Shown one piece after another: positions 41,041 to 52,430 of a stretch of DNA of 64,000 bases (position 1 is the stretch's first letter; each line of letters opens with the position of its first letter). The DNA is from Podarcis bocagei (taxonomy: Eukaryota): NCBI GenBank assembly GCA_964188305.1, contig OZ076888.1. One strand, written 5' to 3'. The notes under the pieces were generated by a model. That model worked only from the letters and a program-made list of their open reading frames with translations. It did no database searches and had not been told where the DNA came from. The position numbers and the translations under genes are program-made.

Positions 41041-41744
41041 TAATGGGGGAATGCTGCGTCTCAGCCTGCTGGACCTTCTCTCATCGGGGTTTCGATCAAA
41101 CGAATCTCTTCTTCTGACTTCGGCTCAGGCACAGTCGAGATCGTCCGCGCCCTCGGATCTTCCTGCCTGTCCAGGCGGCCTCTACGGTTTGTGGGAGCAG
41201 CAGCCGCGATTTCAAGGAGTGTGCAACCGGGGAAGATCCCCCCCCCCCAGCCAAGTCCACCAGCCTTGGAGATGCGACCGGAAAGTCAGGGCACCTCGGA
41301 GCATCTTGCTTATTTTCCCTCTCTCTTTTCTTCCCACTCTTTTCTCATTAGAGGAGACAAGATTGAAGCTGCATTCAATCGTGCATTGTTTAGGGAGGAA
41401 CTCTGGGGGTGTTGGGTTGTGCCTTTTTTTTTTAAGGAAGGGATGGGGGCAGCTGCCGGGAGGATCAATCGGAGCCGAAGACAGAGAGCTGTCGCTTCGG
41501 GTTTGCTGGCCAAGACCGATGGCCCCCAAAGGGCATGGACGGGGCCAGCCTGGCCTCACCCTCGGAGGGTTTGATCTGCCCGGCGACAAGGCCTCTGCAG
41601 CCCACCTTTCCTCATGAGGCAGCCGGGTAAGTTCTTTTGCTTCTTAGCGAGGGAGGGCTGCAGATCTGGCTAAAAAGGGGGCCGGTAGCTTGCTGCTGAA
41701 GTTCCAGCAATTTGGGGGCGGAATTGGGAATGAGAGGGTCAAAT

Positions 41745-42030
41745 GGACAACGAAGCTATTCAGGGCAGATCAAAGGAAGTGCCTCTTCACGCCGCGCAAG
41801 GATGAGCTGTGGAACTCGCTTCCACAGGAGGCAGCGGAGACCTCTATGGCTTTAAAAGAGGACTAGACAAATTCTAAGTTGCCCGTGGCAACTAGACATG
41901 ATGGCTGTAGCAATGCTTCTCAGTACGAGTTGCTGGAAACCACAGGAGGGGAGAGAGAGGGGTCTTGCGCTCGAATACTGCTTGCTGGTTTCCCACAGGC
42001 ATCTGGTTGGTCACTGTGAGAACAGGCTTT
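41745..42030 (+). mobile_element. CR1 LINE 3' fragment (boundaries approximate)
   Basis: aaaggaagtgcctcttcac...ctgtggaactcgcttccacaggaggcag...ggctttaaaagaggactagacaaattc...catctggttggtcactgtgagaacagg; same family as the 14590 fragment. Confidence 0.7.
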
Positions 42031-43066
42031 CGACCAGGCCCCTAATTGCTCTTATATGCTAAGGACGCGCCTGTAACAATCTGGGCTTTGCAAAGACTCA
42101 ACGAGCCAACAGAGCAGCTCAGGTCGACGGGAATTTGGCCTTCACAGTCTTGGGAGACGTGATGAGCGGCCCGCGCGCTTGCTTTGCGCCAAGCCGGGCA
42201 CCTGGAATCATTTCCCGGTTCTTGACAAATGCAGCAAGGAAACTGGGGTGTGGGATAGATGGATGGAGAGCCAGAGTGTCCCCCTTGGCATTAAGTGAAA
42301 CAGGGAAAGGTGTTCTTTGATCTTGACATCCTGCAAGAACTTTGAATGAAGGCGGAGACCCGAGCTTTAGGCATCCACAGGAGCTGGCAGGCGCTGCAGC
42401 GGGGAAAGAGGCACCAGGCACTTACGCACCTCGGGGGGAAAGTGGTGCAGCTTCACTTCTTCAGCCCCCCCCCCCGCCCCGCCCCGCACGCTCCAGCACA
42501 AAGGACAGATGCTTCTGTGATCTGGATCTCTAAGGGGCAGCCCTATCTGGGAAGTAGAAAAGACGCCTTTTTTTTTTTTTTAAAGGACCAGTATTGAGAA
42601 AATCCCGTAGCATTTCCCGCTAATGTCACTCGTTAGCCATTCTTATGGGCACCACTGGGACTAGGAAGGTGATTTGAGATAGAGCCTCTTAGCGGGACAA
42701 AGCCGGGGTCTAAGTATTCTAAATAAATAAGTGCAAAAAACAGGGGACGGAAGGGACAGAACTAAGCAAGTTCAGTGAGTACGGAACTGGGCTATTGGGA
42801 GAGAGGATGGGGTGTGCGGAATGGACCCGCGTGTTTCTGGTCCCGCTTGGATTGGACAGGAAAAGAGAAACCGACCGTGCCTTAGGGTTCAAAACTAGTC
42901 GCTCAGGTCTTTCAGCCTGAGGTTCTTGTCACCGTCTAAGATGGCCTTTCGCCAATACATATGAAAAAGGCGAAAAAAATAAATCAGATGGCCTTTCGCT
43001 CGTCGCTTGTGGCCTTCGGGTCTTCTCTCCGCAGGCCATGTCTTTGTGGTCTTTTCGTTGAGGGAC

Positions 43067-43067
<1 letters not shown>

Positions 43068-43120
<53 letters not shown>
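43068..43120. repeat. (TAA)17 microsatellite
   Basis: Perfect trinucleotide run. Confidence 0.97.
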
Positions 43121-43121
<1 letters not shown>

Positions 43122-44544
43122 AAAAGCAAGTGCAATAAACCTCTACAATATGCATTAAAGGCGAGATACAATGTGTGTGGGGGGGGGGGAGGGGAGTCAC
43201 CAAGCTGCTTACATGAACTTATCAGCGTTCAATTCCCTTACCGCTACTGTTGCCACAAATGCAACCTAAGACCTTCGCCCACGCAAGAGCACGTGTGTCG
43301 TGTTATTTCCTCATTTTAAGTTCCAGCAAATTAGCTGGAAGGTGACTTCAAAACGCGGCTTGGAAAGCGGCGGCATTTACGTACTTCGCTAATCTCTCCA
43401 GTAGAGCTGTTCCCCTGCCTTTGCCGGTTCCTTGAAGGAATTTTGCCGGCTGCACCCGAGATAAATTTGCTTAGCAATTGCCGCCTTCGAAGCGAATCTC
43501 TGCAAAAGAGATGCGGCGCTTCGGCGTCATCCCACCCAGAACTTGGCTGCAAATGTTTAGGAAAGCGGCGCAAACCACAGGCATTCTCCGCGCAGTGATT
43601 AGAGAACCTTGCGATTTTCATGGCTGCATATTATTAATATTTGCTAATAAGAATCACTAGCATTCGTTGTATTAGCGGTGCAGAGTTGGTAGTAGAAACG
43701 TCCCCCGGTCGAAAGCTGTGTGGATTGGGGCGGGTTGTGTAGTTATTAAGCCTTCCCCGGGACTCGCCCCACTCACTACCTCCAAGCTAAGGTAACTGGA
43801 AGTCCGGCCTGCGTAAATGGAGATGGGGCCGGAATCGACCAGCTACAATCCGCGGACTAAAGTGAGAGAAAAGAAGCACAGACTGCAGGTCAGCTCATGG
43901 GCGCCTCGCCCCATTGCTACCTGTGGGTGATATTTGGGAGTTAGCAAGCAAAGGCTTTCATCTCCCTGTCTTCGCCTCTCTCTTTAATATTGCTTGAAAT
44001 GGCAGTCACGACAGGACCCAACTCCGTCGGACTGAAGTAGCTCTGCTTCTCCGTTGCCCACGGAGGGAACTTTTACACCCCACCAAAGTGGGCCCGGAGG
44101 GGTTGTTTCAGGGAGGGACGGGGAGAGACGCGTGGCTTGCCGCCTGCGGCTTCCAATCCACAAAAGACCTAGCCATCCTCTTTGGGGCGGCAGAAGAAAC
44201 CCAGTTGGTTTATTTCATGTACATCGCGCTTGTCCTCCAAGTAGCTGAGGGGTGATCCATAGAGCCCCCCCTCCCCCCAGCCTCCCCTCATTTAATCCTC
44301 CGAACAACCCTGCAATGTAGCTTTGGGAGAGAATGATTGGCCCAAGGCCACCTAGGGAGCGCCGAGCTGAGTGTTCCTATCCTGACCTTCTGTAAACCAG
44401 ATGTTGACAGACTTCAGGCTGGTGGAATCTGCTTAGAGTTTTTAAACCCGGAGCCAGGAAGCTAGAGGCAACCCCCCCCCACAGCACCTTGGGACACACT
44501 ACTTCTGAAAGTGCAAATTCCTCCCACCAGGTAACAACCTTTGT

Positions 44545-44695
44545 AGCTTCGTGATAGAGCATCTGCTTTACAAGTCGCGGGTTCAATCCGGGTAGGCCTG
44601 GGACTTCTGGCGTTCTGGAGAGCGCCTGCCTGTCAGTGTAGACAATAATGACCTAGATATAGCAGTGGCCTGGCTTGGTATAAGGCAGGTTCCCA
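44545..44695 (+). mobile_element. Squamate tRNA-SINE (Squam2-like), internally deleted
   Basis: tagc...atagagcatctgcttt...ggttcaatcc...ctggagagc...gtcagtgtagacaata...ggtataaggcagg. Confidence 0.6.
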
Positions 44696-45159
44696 GGTTG
44701 CTGATTTAGAAAGGGCTGACGGAAGTGAATTACCTGCTTTGCCTTTGTTACCAAGAAGTCTTATTACCCACAGATCTTTCTGCGCGCCCCTGCTCTGAAT
44801 CACTATTACAGAGCCAACCTGTGGCGACCCTAAGCCCGCTTACCTGGGAGTAAGCCCCACTGAATTAAAGGGCGGGGGGGGGAGCCCTCATTTCTGAGTA
44901 GACCTGTCTAGGATTGCCTTAACCGTGCTCAGTAGGGGCGGGGGGCTTATTTCCAGGTCTCAGCTCTCCTGGCATAAAGTCCTGCGCCTTCTGCTTCCAA
45001 TGAGACTCCTGGTTTTCCAAATCCAGGCGGGGCGGGCAGGGTCCCAGGGGGCTGCTCTTGGGTTACCTGCGAGGCGAGTCTCCCCCTCCCGAGACAGGAG
45101 AGGTCCGTCCCAGCAGCGCGTTCCTCCTCCTCCTCCCCCCCTTCATCGCGGACCCTCTC

Positions 45160-45290
45160 AGGCGCCAATCGCAGCGCTTTCGGCCCCCCGTTTTAAATAT
45201 GCAGCGGAGACGTCAGCAGGCGCACCCCCCAGCGAAGGTGGCTGGCCAATATCTATATAAATCTGTGCAAGGCAGAGAATAGTTAAAAGG
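45160..45290 (+). promoter_or_regulatory. Probable CYP26C1 core promoter
   Basis: CCAAT 45165 and 45246, CRE-like GACGTCA 45209-45215, TATATAAA 45254-45261, GC boxes upstream (~44936, ~45026), inside the CpG island about 800 bp before the ATG. Confidence 0.6.
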
Positions 45291-46084
45291 GGTGTGCGCG
45301 AAGGATGCTCCCAAAGAGTGAGAGAAGGAGCGTCCGAGCGCAGGCGGCTTTTGACAGCTCCGCAGAGAAGGGGAAGCGCGGAGGGGGATGAAGAAGAAGG
45401 CTGCCTCTTCAGAGTCCTCATCCCACGCGCGAGCAGCCTGGGCGGTCAAATCCTCTTTGGATGCCGAGCGGCTGGCCGTCGAGGATGGGGCTCGTGGTGC
45501 TTGCAAGTGGGTCCGAGGGATCCCGATCCCAGGCACGCCGGTTCTGAGCAGAATGGCCCCCTCTCGCTCCCTGGCCGCAAAAGGAAACGACGGTGCGCTG
45601 TAGTTTCCCCGATCCTTTCAAAGTAGGTTGCGATTCTTTCAGACGCGCAGTGGAAACGGGAAGAGACCCCCTCCGAGGTGAGAGCAAAGTGGCTGCGCTG
45701 TTGGGTTTCCTTTTATGTTTTGTGGGGGGCGGGGGGAGACGCACCAGGAGAGGTGTCTTGGAGGTCTCCTTGACACCTCCCTCCCGGTTTGAATCTCAGG
45801 TTTTGCGCGGGCGCACCCGCTTTGGATCGCAAGCTTTGCGCCAGATTCCTTTGGGGACTTTAATGGACGGGTGGCGAGGAAAAGCATCTTTGAATAAAAA
45901 GTGGCAATTTGGGGTTGGGTTGGCTTCTTTGCTTCCTGTATGGTGAGTTGAGCCCACCTCTATGGGAATCCTAATCCGGAGTAGGATGCCCTGGCATCTG
46001 GTAGCAGATTTTCCCTCTCCAATATTCCCTTTCTCTCTCCCTCCCCAGCTGAAGCCACAGTCGGCCAGTGAATTCCGCCGGACG

Positions 46085-46321
46085 ATGCTGCCCAGCCCGA
46101 GCACGAAGATGCTGCCGCCGGTGGCAACCTCTGAGGATGCGCTCTCCTGGCTGGAGGCTGCGCTGGCCACCTGCCTGGCGGTGGCCTTCCTGCTGGCGCT
46201 GGCGCGGCACCTGTGGGCGCTGCGTTGGAGCCTGAGCCGAGACCGCGCCAGCGCCCTGCCACTGCCCAAGGGCTCCATGGGTTGGCCCTTCTTCGGCGAG
46301 ACGCTGCATTGGCTGGTCCAG
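46085..46321 (+). CDS. CYP26C1: CYP26C1 coding exon 1 (alternative in-frame ATG at 46109)
   Basis: Hydrophobic membrane anchor, then LPLPKGSMGWPFFGETLHWLVQ|GTgagc, the CYP26C-type proline hinge. Confidence 0.93.
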
Positions 46322-46565
46322 GTGAGCACTGGGGCGGCGGGCGGGGCAGGGCGGGGCAGGTAAAGGACGAGCCTCCTGGGCTTAGCGCAGCCAGGGCCGC
46401 GGGCGGGGGCTCAGCCCAGAGGCACTCTGCACATGACCAAGGCGCCGAAAAAGAGTTCTAGCGAAGGTGTCCCGCTCAAGGGAAGGTCCTACCGCTAGTC
46501 GCCCATTTCTCAGGATGGGAAAACAAAAGCCCTCGAGCTGGAATGGACGGGGGCTGGGCAAATCA

Positions 46566-46689
46566 GGGGTAGCTCAGTCGGTAGAGCATGAGACTCTTAA
46601 GCTCATGGTCGTGGGTTCCGACATTGCAGGGAATCTGACTACATGGCCTTTGTGGTCCCTTCCAACTCTACAATTGCACGATTTTACGA
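46566..46689 (+). mobile_element. tRNA-Lys(CTT)-derived SINE with CR1-like tail in CYP26C1 intron 1
   Basis: tagctcagtcggtagagcatgagactcttaagctcatggtcgtgggttc matches the 5' two-thirds of tRNA-Lys-CTT; no 3' acceptor arm; tail gtcccttccaactctacaatt. Confidence 0.8.
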
Positions 46690-47081
46690 CGCATTTGCCC
46701 AGCTGTCAGTTCAGTGGGATTTATTCCCAAGCAGGTGCGCCTAAGGCTGTATCACGTTCAGAGGTGTTCCTCAATGCAGGGAGGAAAGCACTTTTGTGAG
46801 GCTCAGAGACACTCTTCACATGTCCCAGGGTTGAAGTTTAGGAATCATAATAAACCGATTCCCCACTCTGAGCCCACTCGGAGGCGACCTCGGGCCGATG
46901 GAGCTCTTTCTGGGGGACTAGGATACGTTTGACACAAAGAAGCAGCTGCGAGGACTCAGCCCCGTGGGGAAAGCGCTCTTCACTACCTCAGAGACACCGT
47001 CGACTTTCTTCGCAAACTGTCCGCGAAGCTTGAGTCCAGGCCTGGGCCTCCATCCCTCTGTTTATCTGACTGGCTGTGCAG

Positions 47082-47306
47082 GGTTCCAGCTTCCACAGCT
47101 CCCGGCGGCAGAGATACGGCGCCGTGTTCAAGACGCACCTACTGGGCAAGCCGGTGATCCGCGTGAGCGGCGCCGACAACGTGCGCAAGATCCTGCTGGG
47201 AGAGCACAGCCTGGTCAGCGCCCAGTGGCCGCTCAGCACCCAGATCCTGCTGGGCTCGCACACCCTCCTCAACGCCAGCGCCGAGGCGCACCGCCAGCGC
47301 AGGAAG
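47082..47306 (+). CDS. CYP26C1: CYP26C1 coding exon 2 (225 nt)
   Basis: gtgcAG|GGT TCC AGC...AGG AAG|GTaggg; [42 protein letters not shown]...HRQRRK. Confidence 0.97.
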
Positions 47307-47700
47307 GTAGGGGGCTGAGGGGCGCGTCGCTGGGGAGGGAAACCTTGGCCGCCGAGCCTGAAACCGAACCTAGGCGCTCTCTGGGAAAGAGAAGGCAGCT
47401 CGCTGGCATTCATCTCCCCCATACAGGTGTTGTTGAGCCCCCACTCCCCACTCAGCTTCAACCAGCACGGCCAATGGTGAGGAACCACGAGAGATGCGGT
47501 CCAGCAATATCTAGGGGTGGGGAGCCCTATAGCTAAAAGCTGGCTGTCGAAGTTTGTGCTAGGCGCTGTCGCAGATTCCAGTAGCCACTCCACGCAAAGG
47601 TTTAGGACCCGCGCCTTACTCAATTCTCTTGGTTGCTGCTAGGACTATACCACTTAGGGCTACTGCTGGTGGCCGGGGTTGCACCCCCCCCCCATTCTTA

Positions 47701-47703
<3 letters not shown>

Positions 47704-47757
<54 letters not shown>
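47704..47757. repeat. (TC)27 microsatellite, CYP26C1 intron 2
   Basis: Perfect dinucleotide run. Confidence 0.97.
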
Positions 47758-47760
<3 letters not shown>

Positions 47761-48040
47761 TAACTGAACACAGGCAACGTCTCCCAGCTTAGGAAAGTTT
47801 CCCCACCCCATAGCTCAGCATTCAAAAACGCGCAAAGTCCGGGGAAGAATCTCGGCGGTTCCGGTGTTTGTACCGACTGGCCCATTCAAGAGACCAGAAT
47901 AGGGGAAAGAATTGGGGGACTGGTGAAGGGAAAAAATGGGTCTATGGCTTTGGGGCACGATGTCCCTAGTAGCGACCGCTCCCCCAATTAATTTTACATC
48001 GCCCACCGCGGTTCTCTCCCTTCTCTTTTCGCCGCGTCAG

Positions 48041-48316
48041 ATCCTGGTCAGAGTCTTCAGCCGCGCCGCCCTGGAGAGCTACCTGCCCCGCATCCAGAAG
48101 GTGGTGCGCTGGGAGCTGCGCGGCTGGTGCCAGCAGCCGGGCCCCGTCGCCGTCTATTCTTCCGCCAAGACCTTGACCTTCCGCATCGCCGCGCGGATCC
48201 TGCTGGGACTCAGCCTGGAGGAGAAGCAGTTCAAGGAGCTGGCTCGGACCTTTGAGCAGCTGGTGGAGAATCTCTTCTCCTTGCCGCTCAACATCCCCTT
48301 CAGCGGGCTGCGGAAG
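48041..48316 (+). CDS. CYP26C1: CYP26C1 coding exon 3 (276 nt)
   Basis: cgtcAG|ATC CTG GTC...CGG AAG|GTaggg; ILVRVFSRAALESYLPRIQ...NLFSLPLNIPFSGLRK. Confidence 0.97.
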
Positions 48317-50496
48317 GTAGGGCTGCGTGCGCATGTGTGCACGCATCTTCATCGCCATCCAAAGAACCTACTCCGACCATGATCACTTACCCCGATCCAT
48401 TCTGAAGTCCCGCTAATGCCGTTGATGAGCGCAGAATCCTAGAACCCCTGGTCTAAAGTGTGTTTATGGCTGTATCCGTACCCTTTACATCGGATAGACC
48501 TTATTTATTACTATAGTTCACATCTTTCTAGGCCGCCTTTCAAGACTATGGGTGTCCCAAGGCGGCTTTCCTCAATAGCAAGTATTAAAGTGAGTGAAAG
48601 ACCCCTTTCTGGCCTATTTGGGGGTCGGAGGTGGGGTGAGGTTCTGGCTTTGAGCTCTCGGGAGCCCCATCCTCTATTCAGACCAAGCAGCTGGAATAAT
48701 TTTCTGCTGGAAAGGTATTCTGCACCTGCTCAGAGATGCACCTCTTGCGTATTTGTTTGTGTAGGCTATTTTAACCCCCCCTTTCCCCCCAAGCAGGACG
48801 CAATTAAGTTTTATAGCACAAATGAGACAGCAACCAACCTTTAAAGGCACAAAATCCCAATTAAAACAAAATAACTACCTGCCTATTCTAAAGCCTTTGA
48901 AAAGGAAGGGTTTTTTTTTTTTAAAAAATGGATTTAATATTCACCCGCGTTGCAATGTTCTGTTGCACATTGACTCTAATATAGAATGAACGGTGCGAAA
49001 TTCAGTCTGAAAGGTCTGAATTGCCCAAGGTGTCCAGCTGAAAAGGGACAAACTCCGGCATCTGTCGCATCGTGCTGGAACACTGATCGCAACCCTTAGG
49101 GGGCCACCACAAAAAAGGCTCTTTCTGCCTGACAAGCGGCAGAACCGCAAATTGGTTCTCATTCCCAGATCGGAAAGGTCAGGGGGGAGCGCTGCCTGGA
49201 CCTGAGCAGAGCCTTGCATTTAGCCCCCAAACGATTCGGAACCCAGCGGAGCCCATAAAGAACAGGTGCCAGTTCTAACCTGAGCGACAGGCTACTGGGC
49301 AGGCTGAGATCTTTACTGGTCCAGATTCAAAGCCTGGTCGAAGCCACCCGGTTCCTTGCAACCGAGCAGTTTCTGTGGCTTCTGCTCAAGACCTTTATTG
49401 GCTGTGAAGGGATTTTGGCGGCGCACGTGGACGCGGGTCGCGCAGTGCCGGCCACCCCTCCTCTAAAACTAGGTTCCTTTGAATTCAATGCGTCTTGGTC
49501 TCTTTGAATTCACAGGGTCTTACTCCCAGGTAAACAGATATTTATGGCTGTAGCCTAAGGACCCCGTTGAATTCAACAGGACTTACTTCTGAGTAGACCT
49601 GCACCAAGTTTCACTGCTCATTGGGGCTTATTTATTGATTTCCCAGGTCCATAGGATCGCCTAAGGCTCTCTCATCACCCCCCACACCCCCACACCCGAG
49701 CGAGTTTCGTAGAAATCCATTGGGTTCTCCCGACAAGTAAAGCAATAATCCAAAACAGCATTCTTTGAGTTGGAAGCAAATCCCATTTGAACTCTTTCCT
49801 TCGGAGTTAAGACGATCGCATTCGCATTGCACAAAAGGCAGGAACAAGTTGCGTCCTGCGGTGTAAAGGCGTCGTCAATGCAGAGTGCCTTTGTACGGTC
49901 ACGGTGGCTGCCTGGTGGCGGAGGAAAAGGCATTGAGATGTCCTCGAATATCTTCCCCTTTCTCCTTTTTTTGCTTCCAGAAAGTCGTTCATGCCTGATC
50001 CATTTAAACACTGTCTCATCCGTGCTCCCATTGCACCGGCTGCGACGCCTTACGATTTAAGGCTTTAAACGATTCCCTTCCTGGTATAATTTGGGATTGT
50101 TCACACACACGCAAGTCTAGCGCAAGTTTGGGCCAGGTGTGGTGCCATTCATTTGGGTTTTTCTTTAGCAACCAGTGGACTTTCAGGATCTCGGATTCCT
50201 CCACCCCCACCGCTGGAGTTCCTGGCTTCCTCTTATTGTTCACCTTTTCAAAATTTGGCAGCTCAGCGGCTGAAGGCTTTGTAGTCCTCGGGATTTCCTT
50301 TCTCACTGCACTGATTATGGGTTTCGTTGGGCGGGATTGACAGGAACTTTCCCCGTTTCAGCGAAGGAAGAGGATATATTAAGCGCCGCTTCTAATTATA
50401 ATGAGCTCCTACCTGGAGAAGTACGGTAAAAGATTGCCTGAACGTTCCAAGCAATAAGCGACTTCTGACTTCTTCGGCCTCCAAAGGGGCTAGACC

Positions 50497-50537
50497 TGTG
50501 TGTGTGTGTGTGTGTGTGCGCGCGTGCGCGTGCGCGT
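50497..50537. repeat. (TG)n(CG)n alternating purine-pyrimidine tract just upstream of exon 4 acceptor
   Basis: tgtgtg...tgcgcgcgtgcgcgtgcgcgt. Confidence 0.9.
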
Positions 50538-50585
50538 CTGTGCCTTTCTCCTTAGCCATTGCTGTTTTTTCTCTGAACCCTTCAG

Positions 50586-50741
50586 GGAATAAAGGCCAGG
50601 AATCTGCTACACGAGTACATGGAGAAAGCCATCTCGGAGAAACTGAAGCAGAAGGATCCGGAGGCTCACAGCGACGCTCTGGATTTCATTATCAACAGTG
50701 CCAAGGAGCATGGCAAAGAATTTACCATGCAGGAGCTGAAG
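50586..50741 (+). CDS. CYP26C1: CYP26C1 coding exon 4 (156 nt; absent from ORF track in this frame)
   Basis: ttcAG|GGA ATA AAG GCC AGG...GAG CTG AAG|GTaact; GIKARNLLHEYMEKAISEKLKQKDPEAHSDALDFIINSAKEHGKEFTMQELK. Confidence 0.96.
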
Positions 50742-50788
50742 GTAACTTCCTTTAAGCCGCCTGGAGTGGCCACAGTTGTCCCCTAACT

Positions 50789-51494
50789 CAGTGTTTCCCA
50801 ACCTTTTTTGGGCAAAGGCACACTTGTTTGATGAAAAAAATCTCGAGGCACACCACCATTACAGCCCCGTGACGTCAGCGCGCAGCGTCACGCCGGGAGG
50901 GACGCACGAAAGTGTAAGTTTCAATTTTTCCCCCTCCCCCTTGCCTTCCTTCTGTGCCAACCGCCGAAAAGCCAAGAATCGCGGGACCGCCGGCGGAGGG
51001 GGGGAGGGCGAGCGGAGGCAGCGGCGAGCCCCGTTCCTCCCCATCCGCCCCATTCCGTGCAAGGAGCGCGAACAGGTGTGAGAAGGGGGTCAAACCTGCG
51101 GGTCGGCGCCGGGGATCCTCCAAGCTTTGGGGGTGGGGGGGGAGGAGGCAGCAAAGCGAGGCAGGAAGGAGAGCGCGGCTTGGCTGGGTGAGCTTTGGCA
51201 GGGGCAGGGAATGAGAGCCGCGAGGCGGGCGCTGCGGACGGAGGCGCTGCCCGCCGAGCTCGCAGGCAGCCAGGCAGGCAGACGGCGAGAGCCCCACGCT
51301 GGGCGGCCTCTCCTCGCCGCCGCCGCCCCGCCTCTCGCCGCCCGACTCGCCCGCCTCCCTCCGGGGACGGCGCCCAATCGAAAATTTGACTTTAAAAAAA
51401 AAAATCTTTCGAATTTTTTAATTTTCCCCACGGCACACCAGGCAACATCTCGCGGCACAATAGTGTGCCGCGGAACAGTGGTTGAAAAACACTG
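50789..51494. mobile_element. Non-autonomous hAT (Charlie-like) transposon, 706 bp, GC-rich interior
   Basis: TIRs CAGTGTTTCCCAACC / GGTTGAAAAACACTG; 8-bp TSD CCCTAACT / CCCTAGCT. Confidence 0.9.
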
Positions 51495-52238
51495 CCCTAG
51501 CTCACACAACCAAACATGGTCCTTTCCAAAATGACCATGTAAAGAAGTAATAAAGGTGTAAGTGCCTCTGAGCATGTGCAAAGGTCATTTCTGTAGGTGC
51601 ATCCCACACAGTCTACAAGCAAGACATTATCACAGGACTTCCAAGCACCTGATAAGACTCTCTTTCCAAGTTAGTTCCAACCATATTATAGAAATAATAA
51701 CCACATATGATGAAATAATTATTCCCACTCTCTCTGGCATAATCTTTGCTCTGCATCTTTTCTGTGGTGTTCAGTTAACTCACATTGACTTTGAACCAGG
51801 CATGGATCAGGATCATGCCCATTTGTTAATTAAGGTTGTATTATGCTTTTCCTTTGGGAAATTCGAAGTGGTTTCTTGGCAGTACACACAAAGCATCCTA
51901 GGAATTGTGGTTTTTCACCTTTCACAAAACTACAATTCCCAGCACCCTTGACAAATTACAGCCTCCAGGATTCTTTGTGAGGGAGAAATGGGTTGCTTAG
52001 CTCTAGCACTGTGACAGCATCCTGTTACCTCAAGCCGATGAGTGTCAGTACTGCACCCAGAAGTCATTGTGGTGACTGCGGTCCTCTCCCACTTGCCACA
52101 GGGACAGATGGGTTTCACTGGGTGGGATTGACAGAAGGAGAACTTTCCTAATTTCAGCTAAGGAAGAGGATATACTGAATCTGGTGTCTGGAGATCTGAT
52201 ATGGCCTCCTGCACTTATCCTGAATAGAATCCAGGGCT

Positions 52239-52430
52239 TAGGGTTGCCATATTTCAAAAAGTAAAAACCAGGACACCCCAAGCTCTTTTGACGGCATTTT
52301 TGGCACAATTTAACCCCCATTGCCAGTTTTCCAGGACATTTGACTGATTTCCAAAAAATAATCCAGGACGCAATTTTCGGAGGCAAAATCCTGGACATGT
52401 CCTGGAAAATCAGGAGGGATGGCAGCCCTA
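52239..52430. mobile_element. hAT (Blackjack-like) MITE
   Basis: TIRs TAGGGTTGCCAT / ATGGCAGCCCTA; internal CCAGGAC subrepeats; TSD degenerate. Confidence 0.7.

Larger units (their letters stand above)
35850..51480. promoter_or_regulatory. Extended CpG-rich domain (cluster of CpG islands); boundaries approximate
   Basis: Abrupt rise in CG dinucleotides and GC content compared with the CpG-poor flanks (1-35800 and >51600), judged by eye. Confidence 0.8.

Noticed and set aside
40757-41617. 286-aa ORF, and 232-aa minus-strand ORF at 39957-40655
   Set aside because: Non-ATG starts, low-complexity UTR or CpG-island composition, no recognisable domain.
46566-46620. Possible tRNA-Lys(CTT) gene
   Set aside because: Lacks the 3' T-stem and acceptor strand and runs into a SINE tail; the same applies to the tRNA-Ile-like head at 15897.
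44925-51581. Many overlapping 60-210 aa Pro/Arg/Gly-rich ORFs
   Set aside because: Expected from stop-codon scarcity in GC-rich DNA, shadows of CYP26C1 exons, or the hAT interior.
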